A stretch of DNA of 64,000 nt from Eledone cirrhosa (lineage: Eukaryota): the NCBI GenBank assembly GCA_964016885.1, contig OZ024743.1, positions 377,642,001 through 377,706,000 of the forward strand. Reading direction: 5' to 3'. The position numbers and the translations under genes were made by a program. Positions 12,244 to 23,823 of this stretch are shown here, piece after piece. The notes beneath the pieces were generated by a model. That model made no database searches and was not told the origin of the DNA. It worked only from the letters and a program-made list of their open reading frames with translations. Position 1 is the first letter of the stretch, and each line of letters starts with the position of its first letter.

Positions 12244-12917
12244 TTAACCCTTTAGCATCTTTATTAGACAATGTCACTGGACCGAGATCTTTGGCGCTAC
12301 GCAGTAATACAGAAGACCCGCCTTGCCTATGTACAAAGCGAAACCTACAGTCAGTAGGCACCTCTTAACCAAATATACACCCCAATCCACTACCCTTACC
12401 CTATCCTCCCACCAACACCACCCTCTCTCTGTAAAGTTGGTACCACAACATCCAGTCCAAATAAATAAGATAATGAGATCGAGATCGTGTAGGTGTCACG
12501 AGGAAAATAAAAAACTCCACGCTGTAATGTGGCCGTGTAGGTAACACGGTAAAAAGTTCCCAGTTCCACACTGTAAATGTGGTTGGTGTTAGGAAGGACA
12601 TCCAGCCGTAGAAAACCTGCCAGATAGTCCTATATGAGCGAGACACGGTCACCCGACCAACCTTGCCTCAAGTGGGACAACTACCGTGTAACCCATGCTA
12701 GCGTGGAAAATGGACATTAAACGAAGATGATGATGACTATATTTACTATTATAAAAGAAAGCTTTACCTCACATAATTATCTCACAATATCAAATCTATG
12801 AGATTTTGATCTTTATTTTGAGAACATACCGTAACATCAGTATGAGTGGCCAGTTTGGATAGAAAGAGGTGAAAGAATTCTGGCGGGATATGGCAGGTTT
12901 AAATGCTAAAGGGTTAA
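12244..12917 (-). mobile_element. MITE family 1 copy split by an RTE insertion (12244-12266 + 12737-12917)
   Basis: TTAAccctttagcatctttatta | RTE | ctatatttactat...aaatgctaaagggTTAA. Confidence 0.8.
12267..12736 (+). mobile_element. Short 5'-truncated RTE LINE (subfamily B): last codons plus 3'UTR and (GAT)n tail
   Basis: acaatgtcactggaccgagatctttggcg (TMSLDRDLWR); 3'UTR closely similar to 17398-17845. Confidence 0.88.
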
Positions 12918-13621
12918 ACCTGGTCGAGGTCATCCGTTCTCAAGTCCTAAACATAACTGAATTCTTCCAGAAATACAGAAAAGGAGAGGAAGTGAGAAAG
13001 AAATACAGGAGGAAGAATTTACTCCAGTACCAAACTGCTACTTTATTTCTTCCAAAGAAAGAGAAAGAGTCAACCTCAGTACTGAACCGGTACTTTAGTT
13101 ACTGATCTGAAAAGAACAAAAGGCAAAGTTGACCACAGCAGGATTTGAACCTAGAGAGCCAGAATGACTACTGCAATGTTTCTATCTAAGAAGAGAACCA
13201 CTGAACTAGAGTTAAATATCCAAAAGATCAATATTACAGAGTAATGTATTAATTCACAAGGACAACACCCCAATACCACTTAAGATATGGCCTTAGTCAC
13301 TATAAAACAGTTAGCAACAATTTAGTTATGTTTGCTCAAAGAATGATGTAATAGTTAAACAAAATGTGGGGTGGAGTTTCTATTAGACTGATAAAAAACC
13401 AGAGCTAAATATATCCTATATGTACAGGAATAGTTAACAGTAGGGGGTAGCTATCAACAGTGTAGCAAAGACTTTCAATGCCCAAGGGTAAAACACTTAA
13501 CAGCAACCCCATCTTAACTCTTTCATGACCATATTTCTAATGAGATTCTCTACCTATTCTGATTAACTTAAAAAACAATGAAGAATTCGATGACATTTAG
13601 TAAAATATCTAACTGTCAGTC

Positions 13622-13850
13622 ACTCCAAGTAGAGCCACTTCTTCAAATTGCTGGACAGATTTTACAGAAAAAAACAACCAACAGGAGACCCAGGAGTAGA
13701 CCCTGAGAAAGATGGTTGAATAACATCCATAAGCTTGGCTGGTCTCGCTTGGGGATCCAGCCGGATAGCTGGAGATGGTTGCTTCTGACAGGACCCGCTA
13801 GAAGGAGTGTTTGAGGACTCTGCCCCCATGACACTCTCAGGGAGGAGGAG
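13622..13850 (+). mobile_element. 3' fragment of a second RTE family (Rex3/Expander-like)
   Basis: Encodes RRPRSRP*ERWLNNIHKLGWSRLGIQP..VASDR...LRTLPP, resembling the GRPRTRW..LAW..LG.P..VA.DR..W...LPPRP C-terminus; copies at 23548, 58118 and 61330. Confidence 0.75.
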
Positions 13851-14329
13851 GAGAAGGAAGATGAGAAAAAGATCTATCGATTTAACATTTATAAAATGAC
13901 TTTACAAAAAGTTCTTTCATAATGTTTTAATTTAAATATGATCAAAGCAGTGCCCTGCATGGCCACAGTCTACTGAGTGAAACTATATAAGAATAAAAGA
14001 ATTTAAAAAGTTTTGTTTTTGTTTTGTTTTCTCTTTTTTTATCATAGAATCAGTGCTGATTCCAGGCATTAATTAACAGGTATAAGCCAGAGGAAATATT
14101 ACACACCTTCACACACACAGAGGTGATTTCTCACCTTCCGTTTCACAACATCTGGTAGCCATGATGTGCAACCTAATAATGTTTCACCTGGCTCATCAGA
14201 CATAGTTGTTTCTGTTATCTAGATAACATAATAGTGAAAGGGTTGTTGTGAAAATATCAGGGTTAGAAACATCAACTTTCAGCTGCTACACATGTAGCAG
14301 CATCTTTCCTCCTCAGGCAAACTGAGGCA

Positions 14330-14990
14330 ATATACTTTGATCCCACTAGCTGGTCTCAGTCACCTAGCAACCCCTTGGATGTCGTTGGTCTAGATACTGT
14401 CACTTTTGATATCCTCTGATCCCATTAGTCAGTATGGGGTGATATCTTCTGGTCCAACTAAGTCAGCCTTGGTCACCTAGTACCCCCTGGTGATCCTGAG
14501 TCAGACATGGAATCAGAGGATATCACCCCAGTCTGACTCAGGATCACCTGGGGGTACTAGGTGACCAAGGCTGACTTAGTTGGACCAGAAGATATCACCC
14601 CATACTGACTCAAGATCACCAGGGGGTGCTAGGCAACTGAGACTGACTAATGGGATCAGAGGATATCACCCGATAGTCAGTCTCAGTTGCCTAGCAACCC
14701 CTGGTGATCTTGAGTCAGTGAGGGGGTGATATTTTCTGGTCCAACTAGTGAATATTGGTCACCTAGCACTCTCTGGTGATCCTGAGTCAGTGTGGGGTGA
14801 TATCTTCTGGTCCAACTAGTCAGTCTTGGTCACCTAATAGTTCCTGGATATGTGCTAGATACTGTCTCTTCTGCTGACCTGGTGATCCCAAGTCAGACTA
14901 TAGTGATATCCCTTCATCCCATCAGTTGTTCTGAATAATCTAGCAGATTATGGGTTTGTACTAGATATTGTCTCTTCTGCTGACCTGGCT
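14330..14990. repeat. ~71-bp GC-richer minisatellite with an internal inverted segment
   Basis: Unit ggggtgatatcttctggtccaactagtcagtcttggtcacctagca..cctggtgatcctgagtcagt (tgat at 14727 and 14798); 14507-14673 lies in the opposite orientation. Confidence 0.85.
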
Positions 14991-15334
14991 TCTTCACATC
15001 ATGTCATGGGACACACATCACATACTTGCACAGGGGCTTGGTTTCAGAGTGTTTCAGTGGTACTAAGTGTAGAAGATTTGTAAAGTCTGGACAGAAATTA
15101 GATAACCTCAATCTGTTGAAAATGTAACATAATCTAGCATGAAAGATGGAGCACAAGTTAATAGAGATTGGTTGGACATTAACAGCAGACATTGCTGTGC
15201 GTTTCCCAGTTTTTACAATAGGTACACCATATCCCTGCATGTTGTAAGAGGTAACTGTCAAGAATAGCATCCAGCTGTAAAACATTGCCTCAAAACAACC
15301 CATGACAGCATGAAAAAGTGGAGGTGAAAAAAGT

Positions 15335-15603
15335 CTAGTCTAAAGTCTGTCTGAAGCCAGTACTTATCCCAGTTTCATGGTGTCAAGTAACAGAGTACAA
15401 GACTTCCTCCTGGACAGGGTGCCAGTCCATCGCAGGGTAAAACCCCCAGCTACTGCTAGTACTCATTTTCAGCTGAGTATACTGGAGCAATGTGAAATGA
15501 AGTGTTTTGTTCAAGAACACAACACGCAACCCAGCCCAGGAATCAAACTCACGACATTATGATTGTAAGTCCAACACCCCTACCACTAGGCCACACACCT
15601 CCA
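15335..15603 (-). mobile_element. tRNA-derived SINE with a V-domain-like motif
   Basis: Minus strand: head ggaggtgtgtggcctagtgg..gagtttgattcc, tcttgaacaaaacacttcatttcacattgctccagt, then ccctgcgatggactggcaccctgtccagg. Confidence 0.75.
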
Positions 15604-15639
15604 CAGAAACAAAAAAAAAAATCACGATAAAGCTGGGGC

Positions 15640-15960
15640 CTCTGTCAATGAAACAGCCAAGAAACGTGTGAGGTACAACGACATAGGAGGCCAGCTAAAC
15701 CTACACAGGTGTGAGTCATAATGTTAACATCAACAAGGTTGTACTGGTATGGACATGTGGTGTAAAAAAAATCAATAAGTGCTGAATAAAAAAAAAAATT
15801 GCCAAGAATTGTCAATGGTAGAATGGTAGAGAAATAAAGAGAACAGAGAAAACATGGAAGGATGTGTTGAGGTGTCAGGTACTCAGAATGGTAGTCCTAA
15901 CAGATAAGATGTTAAACAATTGAGATATGTAGTAAAATGTTGTATGGTAAAAATGTTTAA
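15640..15960 (+). mobile_element. Highly degenerate RTE 3' fragment
   Basis: ttgtactggtatggacatgtg (LYWYGHV) and agaaaacatgg (RKTW-like). Confidence 0.5.
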
Positions 15961-16071
15961 CATAGGAGAGGAGAATGTGATGTAAAAATAAGAAAATATA
16001 ATGTATGTCAAATTAAACAGTTTGAATTATAGCAAGGATAAAACCATAAAGAGTTTCTACACTATGATCTA

Positions 16072-16423
16072 TACTCTCAGGTCTTGAATAACCCGCGCCC
16101 CTCATTTTTTCAGATTTCTTCAAACCCTCCACCCCACCCTGTTTATTAAATTTTGCTTATCTATCTCGAGTGAAATTTTATTTTAAGTGGTAGCATTACT
16201 GCAACAATTTTCTTTATACATTAAAAAACATTATTCACAACAAAAAAAGTCCATTACTAAAAATCCTATAAGTTATAAAATAAATAGGATGGGTTGGGGG
16301 ATCTCAATATGTAAACTAAACGACTAATTCTGGTTTAGAAAAAAAAAAAAATCAATGCAGACAACCTACAAAAATTACCAATTATCCAGCCCCACCCCCA
16401 TCATTATTTGGGACCAGAGAGTA
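16072..16423. mobile_element. TA-flanked MITE (Tc1/mariner-like), ~350 bp
   Basis: TActctcaggtcttgaataa ... ttatttgggaccagagagTA: 16/20 inverted match including the terminal TA. Confidence 0.6.
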
Positions 16424-16763
16424 GCTGTAATTGGCAAATATTTTGGGAGGTAGGCTAGATGGGGAACTTATAGGCCAAAGCAATTAAAAATGAAATCATA
16501 GAAAGCTATGGAAACAGCTTGTTATTGAATTACTTCTGTTTTTCATTATAAATGTTTAAGAGAATAAAATATACCTTTTACAATAAAAAACATTTTTATT
16601 TACTCTTTTCTGCTCCATTAATTTAAAAATTGAAAGAAAAATGTACTTTTTAAAATATTGCACATGGGTAAAATTTTTTATAAATACAAAACATTGATTC
16701 ATCATAGGCCACTGCAAAAATTAGCAGTTCAATTTATGTTTAATAATATATACATAAATATAT

Positions 16764-17845
16764 AGGTAAGCTAACTAAAAACATAGATTTTACATGTGGC
16801 CGGTGCTCTGGTGCAATAAGTAGCAGCAAGTGCCCACAAAATACTAGCTCTTTCAATTGCGCAGAGGGTTCTATAGAAATAGTGGACAGCTTCCGTTACC
16901 TGGGTGACAAAATCAGCAGTGGGGAAGGGTGCTCTGAAAGTACAGTAGCTAGAGTCAGAACTGGATGGAAAAAGTTCAGAGAGCTTATACCACTATTAGC
17001 CGCTAAAGGGTTCTCTCTAAAAATGAAAGGCAGGCTGTATGATGCCTCCATACAAACAGCAATGTTACATGGCAGTGAGACCTGGGCATTGTGTGCAGAG
17101 GATATACGCAGACTAGAGAGGAACGAAGCTTGCATGCTCCGCTGGATGTATAATAGTAATATACGTGAACGGCAAAGCATAAACGAACTAAGGGAAAAAT
17201 TAGAAATAAGAGGGATCAGATGTTGTTTACTCGAGAGAAGGCTACGTTGGTATGGTCACGTGATGTGCATGAAAGACGACAGCTGTATAAAAAAGTGCAG
17301 GGCAATAAAGATAGACGGTAGCCACGGAGTAGGCAGACCCAGAAAAACCTGGGATGACCTGATAAATTCCGACCTCACACACTTACACCTCTCCAAGACA
17401 ATGTCACTGGACCGAGATCTTTGGCGGTACTCAGTAATAGAGAAGACCCGCCTTACCTAAATACAAAGTAAAACCTACTACAGTCAGTAGGCATCTCTAA
17501 CAAAATACACCCCCGTCACAACACCCCCACCCCCACCCACACCGCTCCTTTCAATGTAAAGTTATGTTGGTGCCACATCATCCAGGCCGAAACAAATGAG
17601 ATCGTGTAGGTGTCATGACAAAAAAAAACACACAGTCCACGCTGTAATGTGGCCGTGTAGGCAACACGGTAAAAACCTCCCAGTCCCACACTGTAAATGT
17701 GGTTGGTGTTAGGAAGGGCATCCAGCCGTAGAAGACTCGCTAGACAGTCCTATGCGAGCAAGACAACCACTCTTGCCTCAAGTGGGAAAACTCCCGTCCA
17801 AACCCATGCAAGCATGGAACATGGATGTTAAATGATGATGATGAT
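16764..17845 (+). mobile_element. 5'-truncated young RTE LINE (subfamily B); ORF remnant open to its natural stop at 17460
   Basis: DSFRYLGD..AMLHGSETW..RRLRWYGHVM..GRPRKTW..EKTRLT*; 3'UTR and (GAT)n tail; closely similar to 50401-51465. Confidence 0.95.
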
Positions 17846-17899
17846 ATACATACACACACATGTATACATATAAACACACACACATATATGTCGAACCCA

Positions 17900-18309
17900 T
17901 GTATGCATGGAAGGTCGGACACATTGCACAACATACTGTCAAGCACAACTCACACTTTCAAAGCCTCCCTCATGACATGATTGCTCTCCTATTGTGGGAT
18001 GACCACCACCAACCCCAGCAAGCAATGTATAGCCTGATGCTTGCCTTATTCTCATCACTATCTCTCCCAGCTGAGAAAGGGACACAACAAGCATCCAAGT
18101 ATCAATGAGGTAGCACTGGTGATATGATAAAACACCTCCAGTCCATCCTGTAAAGTGGTTGGCATTAGGAAGAGCATCCAACTATAGAAAATTCAGTCCA
18201 AAACAGAAAATATGAACAAGATGTGGTCACCTGACCTGTCTGGTTTCATAACATGACAGTCGTCTAACTCATGCAAGCATGGAAAATAGACGTTAAAGTG
18301 ATGATGATT
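17900..18309 (+). mobile_element. RTE-tail-bearing retroelement fragment
   Basis: ctgtaaagtggttggcattaggaagagcatccaactatagaaa...ctaactcatgcaagcatggaaaatagacgttaaagtgatgatgat. Confidence 0.6.
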
Positions 18310-18732
18310 TTATATATATATATATGAGTTCAAGGCAACAACAAAACAGATACAAAAAGTCTTAGTTTCACGCTTTATATGGAAAAGGGGAAAGAAAGTT
18401 CAGGCTTTAGCCCTTCTTCAGGATTACAAAACCTAGAGACAGGATCACAAAGGATAGATACAAAATATAAAAGTTAGTGTGTGTGTGTGTACACACAATG
18501 CTTGAATGCCCACAACTGTCTTATCCCAACCAATGAAAACATGGAGAAGTGGATGTAAAACTGATGATGTTCTGTGATAAAAAGTGTTGTTTCATTGCAT
18601 CCATCTTCTTAATTAGCTGAATGTAATTACAAAAGTAATAACATCTACACTTTTAAGCAGTGGAAATATTTCCAATAATTCATTCAATATAAAACAGAAA
18701 TGACAATTCATTAAGAATGCATCATAGTAGCC

Positions 18733-18985
18733 AGTATATTCAAGTAGCTGCAGCTACACCAGTAAACATTCAGATATATTCCAATAGCCCTGGCTATACT
18801 AGTCAACATTCAATAGCTCTGGCTACACTAGTCAACATCCAAATATATTCTGATAACTCTGGCTATACTAGTCAACATCCAGATATATTCCAGTAGCTCT
18901 GGCTACACTAGTGAACATTCAGATATATTCCAGTAGCTCTGGCTGCACTAGTGAACATCCTGATATTTTCCAGTTCTGGCTGCTA
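18733..18985. repeat. 40-bp minisatellite, about 6 degenerate copies
   Basis: agatatattccagtagctctggctacactagtgaacattc repeated (18881, 18921 and others). Confidence 0.85.
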
Positions 18986-19271
18986 TATAAACTGGCTCTA
19001 ATGACATCAGTGATGACCAGAGCAGATCATTGACCTTGGAAAACAATGATTGTGTTGTTCTAAATATGTTGTTAGCTAAGTAAATCATTCTAGTAGAGGA
19101 AGATAAGATAAAACCACAGATAGCTAAATCAGAAACACACTGTCAACTAAGTATGCAACTAATAACCAAAACGAAAATACTTTTTTAATATTGCAGTATT
19201 GTACTTGTTTGACAAGTGACTTCATCTCAAATACTAAACAGAAACAATTACATCATGGAGAAAACAGCCAT

Positions 19272-20008
19272 TTAACCCTTTCATTACCATATTTATAATT
19301 AAATACACTACCTGGGTTTTTCAATAATTTTGTAAATAATCAATTTGATTTAAGCTGGCTGTATCCGGCCAGAATTCTCTCATCTCTTTCTGTTCAAACT
19401 GGCTGTGATTGGCCACTCATACTGATGTTAAGGTATTGTTCTCAAAATAAATATCAAAATCTCATAGATTCAATATTATGTGAGGTAAAGCCTTTTCCAT
19501 GAAAATATAAATGTATATATAGAGTAATGTAAATGCTAAAAGGTTAAACAGGAATTTAGTAGCTAGTTTTAAAATATTCTTCAATGACATTGTTTAAATT
19601 TAACCCTTTCATTACCATATTTCTAATGAAATACACTGTTTTTCAATTGATTTTGTAAATAATCAGAATTGAAGCAGGGGGGGTTAGGCTAACCACATTA
19701 GCCCTTCAACATTTAAACCGGCTATATCTGGCCAGAATACTCTAACCTCTTTCTGTTCAAACTGGTTCAAACACTAAGGTATTGTTCTCAAAATAAACAA
19801 TATCAAAATCTCATAGATTTGATATTATATGAGATAAAGCCTTTTCTGTGAAAATACAGTAGTAAATACAGAGAAATGTAAATGCTAAAGGGTTAAGCTG
19901 GAGTTTAGTACATAGCTTAAATACATTTTTCCCTAACAATATTTAAAAGAAAAGATCAGTTACCATAGAATTAGGGTAATATTTGGTGGGTTAGTTTCAA
20001 ATGGGTTA
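19272..20008. mobile_element. Cluster of MITE family 2 (-) copies, each carrying a family 1 copy (19350-19547, 19698-19896)
   Basis: TTAAccctttcattaccatattt at 19272 and ~19600, each followed by a family 1 body; the second resumes TTAAgctggagttt, the internal family 2 TTAA site. Confidence 0.7.
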
Positions 20009-20081
20009 AAAACCACAGGCAGTGGAACTGTGTCAGTGACCAGATTACAGTGTACAATGAATATTTTGGTGCCATGAAAAT

Positions 20082-20285
20082 ATGGAGACTTTTGGTGTCC
20101 TTAGCCATAGGACCACCTCCATCGGCATGGAGTTAACTACCCACAGGTGTGAGCCTCATGAGCTCGAATGGCTCTTCCAACATGTCTCCATCACCATCCT
20201 CCGGGGAAACACATTCTCTATTCTGTCCACCGGGGCCACAGGGCAGCCAGCGCCTGGACTCCCGTTTTGCTTATAATAGTGAGAG
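20082..20285 (+). mobile_element. 3' end of a CRE-clade RLE retrotransposon
   Basis: METFGVLSHRTTSIGMELTTHRCEPHELEWLFQHVSITILRGNTFSILST; the end tttgcttataatagtgagaga is shared with the 5776 copy. Confidence 0.75.
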
Positions 20286-20425
20286 ATGGGGGAGAGCGAG
20301 AGAGACAGAAGTGATACACAGATTTTTTTTAGAAGAGTAGTGTTCCTGTCTTTCCGATGAATATATAGATACTTCCCGATGATAAATGTAAAGTGAATTT
20401 AACAATTTCTTTTTTTTTTTAAGGC

Positions 20426-20618
20426 TTAACTCTTTACCATTTAAACCGGCCATATTCTATTACCTCCTCCTGTTCAAACTGACCATAACCAGCTGCTCAT
20501 ACTTATTTAAGGTAATAAATAATATCAAAATCTTGTAGATTCAATATTATATAAAATAAAGCCTTTACCACAAAAATACAATAGTAAATATAGAGCAATA
20601 TAAATGCTAAAGGGTTAA
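20426..20618 (+). mobile_element. MITE family 1, full-length copy
   Basis: TTAActctttaccattta ... taaatgctaaagggTTAA. Confidence 0.8.
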
Positions 20619-20959
20619 CAAACTCTTTCAGAAGGTAATTACACTCACACACACACCTGTTATATTCACATTACATTTCTTTCTTTTGTGATGTCAGGTC
20701 TTTGTCGTAACTAAATTGCAGTGAAATTGTGTCAGTGACCAGCTTGCAGAGAGTGCAACAAAAATTTGACACCAAGATAAAAATAGATGATAGTTAAAAT
20801 AACAGCCTGTTTATTTGTTTGTTTTTAATGGCTAAAATGACTTCCTCATTGTTAATGCCACTTTTGAACAGATTTTTTTTTAAATTCATTTTTTTATGTA
20901 TTTCAACAAAAAACAAAACTATAAGAATAAATGTTGGAGATATGTCTTTCTTGTCCTTA

Positions 20960-21320
20960 AGGACAAGACAGACATACATTGTATTATTTCAACTCAATGT
21001 CCTGTACCGCATCAAACTGCATTAGCAAGACATTCTTGAAAAGTACAAAACAGCACTATGACAGCATTACATTAAAATGATGTTATTCTAATACTGCAAA
21101 TTTTCACAATGATCTGTCCACTCGTAAATATACTATAAACATTTGAATTTACAAATCTATGTTTAGTTATTTTCTGCTAAATCATTATAAGCTGTTAAAA
21201 ATTAATAACAGACTTCACAACAATCTGTCCAATAGTAAAGACACTATAAACATTTGAATTAACAAACCCATATTTAGTTATTTTCTGCTAAATCCTTACA
21301 GTCTTAAGAATTAATATATA
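20960..21320 (+). repeat. Unclassified dispersed repeat with ~120-130 bp internal subunits
   Basis: cattagcaagacattcttgaaaagtac...ctgtccaatagtaaagacactataaacatttgaatt; also at 47735-47920(+) and as several tandem units at 60400-61260(-). Confidence 0.65.
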
Positions 21321-23104
21321 AAAGCACAGTGAAAGCAATCCATCTAAAAGTGTATTAACTTTGAATATTTTGTATGCAGGAAAATATGTTAAATGGTTTC
21401 CAAAATATTGATATTAAACACGTCTCTAAACTTTGGAAGAAGGCTCATTCTACCTCTCCCCTCTACTTAGTGTTGGATGTGTTCTTCATCAAAGATTTTG
21501 TATGCTGAACAAAAAATCCAACATGCCATGCAGTCGGTCAGAACCCAAGACTACCTGGTTGCAAGGCAAACTCCTTAATTACACAGCCACATCAGCACCT
21601 ATAGTATTATTTTGTGAAAATGTTTGACAGAAAGTCTATAGTGGAATACACCTATTTCCAGTTGTTTGATCAACTGTACAAGCTCATGAAATTAACATCT
21701 AAGTGGCAGAACATCCCACAAATACTTGGACTGTTAATATAACTCTCAGAGGGATTTAGTGTGACAGTGTTTGAAAAGCATAGCCCTTTGAATTACAGAT
21801 TACAGGTACAGCCCATCTGACAGGCTTCCAAACAGTTTCCATCTACCCAGCTTCATCCAGAAGGCCATGGGCCAACCCAAGGATATGGTAAATAACACGT
21901 AGTGGGGTTAAACCTGGGACCTAATGATAGGGAAGTGAACTTAACCATTCAGCCACGCTGCTTCCACAGTATTGTTAAATTGTCTGAAAATGTTTTGTGA
22001 GAATGTTTGACCAAGCTTTCTCAGTGTAGGATAGAAAGACACTGAACAGTCAATTTCTTCCAGGGAAAGCGAGAGAGAGCAAAAGAGAAGAATCAACCCC
22101 AATACTAGACTGGTACTTTATTAACCTCAAAAGGATGAAAGGCAAAATGACCTTGGTTGAATTTGAACTCAAGAGCCAGAACAAATACTGTGAAGCATTC
22201 TGACTTTCACAGCAGAATGGAAAAGCAAACGTATAAATTATGATGATATGTATGAGGATTGTTGCACACCATTGCATATCTCCAGATGCAGCAATGATGT
22301 ATGGTGATTTCTGCACACCATGCATCACTATAGATAGCATTATGAGGTAATCAACCACCTTGTTAAGTAACAATGTAGCAACTGAAACTAGTATGTTATT
22401 TGCATCAGCAAATCATTTCATTGATCACCCAGTTTAACAACTCTGTTACTACCTCAGGTGCTTTTAGTGGAGTCCAGTTAGCATTTAGACTAAGTCTCTG
22501 GCTTGAGACTACCATCTCTCCCTCTCTCTCCTAACAATTTCAGAGGCCCTGAAAAGGGTTATGGGGCCTGTCTATTCCTCCCTGACTGAACAGTAAAAAA
22601 GAAAATGAAAAATGAAAAACCCACACACAGAAACAAAAGAAAGTGGAGTAATTTTTTAAAACTTTGTTGGCCTTGGATAAATAAATGGACTTAAAATTAT
22701 ATGTGATGATGAAAAAGATGAAAATAGTGATTGGATCAGTAGGTAATTATGTTTTTATATATAACAAATCATTGATTAATGGAACCCAATAAAACAAGTT
22801 TATGGTCAAGACTAATTGTAAAGAGAACATATTGTTCAGATAGAGTAAGTAAATGAATCAGTGATACAATTTACATAATGACAACAACAACAAACTTTGT
22901 ATCCAAGCAGGTTTTCCTTCAATGAATGGTGCTTCACTACCAATGTGAATAGTTTTATAGTTTATGATCAAATCTAATGTAATATAGGATACCACATCTA
23001 ACAGAAAAAATATATTAATAACCTCATCTGAAATATAATTGCTCTAAACATTCATCATTGTTCTTAGGTCAGTTTTATGGTTAGAGATGTCTTAAGGTAA
23101 TACT

Positions 23105-23334
23105 TTAACCCTTTTGATACCAAACTGCCTAAAACTGCTCATGGTTCTATAAAAAAAGATTATTTTTAAGTGTTTATTTAAAAACCTTCCATCATAACTA
23201 TGTAAGAACCTTTGAGAAATTATGTTTCAAACACCAGCTTAATAAGGAAGTTAGTTATACTACTAAATCTCTTTATTTGATCTGAAAATCACAGGCAGTG
23301 TCATTTATTAGAAATATAGTAAATAAAGGGTTAT
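23105..23334 (+). mobile_element. MITE family 2 (TTAA-flanked, piggyBac-like)
   Basis: TTAAcccttttgatacca ... atagtaaataaagggTTAt; other copies at 24452-24697, 47520-47733, 48170-48387 and 52235-52456. Confidence 0.75.
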
Positions 23335-23409
23335 GGGCAGATGCCCTTCCTAACACTAATATATTTAGTCACCTCTTACGACATACAGAGATACATACAT
23401 TATTATTAT

Positions 23410-23546
23410 TGTGGTGGTAGATTAGCTGAATTGGTTAGAGTATCAAACAAAATACTTCAGGGGTATTTTGTTAAGACTCTCTAGGTTATGAATTCAAATC
23501 CCACCAACATCAATTTTGCCTTTCAACCTTCCAGGTTCAATAAAAT
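23410..23546 (+). mobile_element. tRNA-derived SINE, interrupted by the downstream LINE fragment
   Basis: tagctgaattggttagag..gaattcaaatccc..ttttgcctttcaaccttccaggttcaataaaat. Confidence 0.65.
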
Positions 23547-23547
23547 C

Positions 23548-23823
23548 ACAGCTCCGATACTATGGACATGTGGTTAGAATGTCTCAGGAAAGAATCACTG
23601 GACACATTTTTCAAACACTCCTTCCAGCTGGTCCTGTCAGAAGCAACCATCTTCAACTGATCCAGTTGGATTCCCAAGCGAGACAAACCAAGCTCATGGA
23701 TGTTATCCAACCATCTTGTTCAGGGTCTACCTGAGCCTCCCGCCGGTTGGTTTTGCCCATAAAATCTGTCCAGCGATTCTTTCCTGAGACATTCTAACCA
23801 CATGCCTATAATACTGGAGCTGT
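23548..23823 (-). mobile_element. Rex3/Expander-like RTE 3' fragment with a ~62-bp terminal inverted duplication
   Basis: 23548-23610 (QLRYYGHVVRMSQERI, + sense) is the inverted copy of 23761-23823; aataaaat flanks both sides. Confidence 0.8.
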
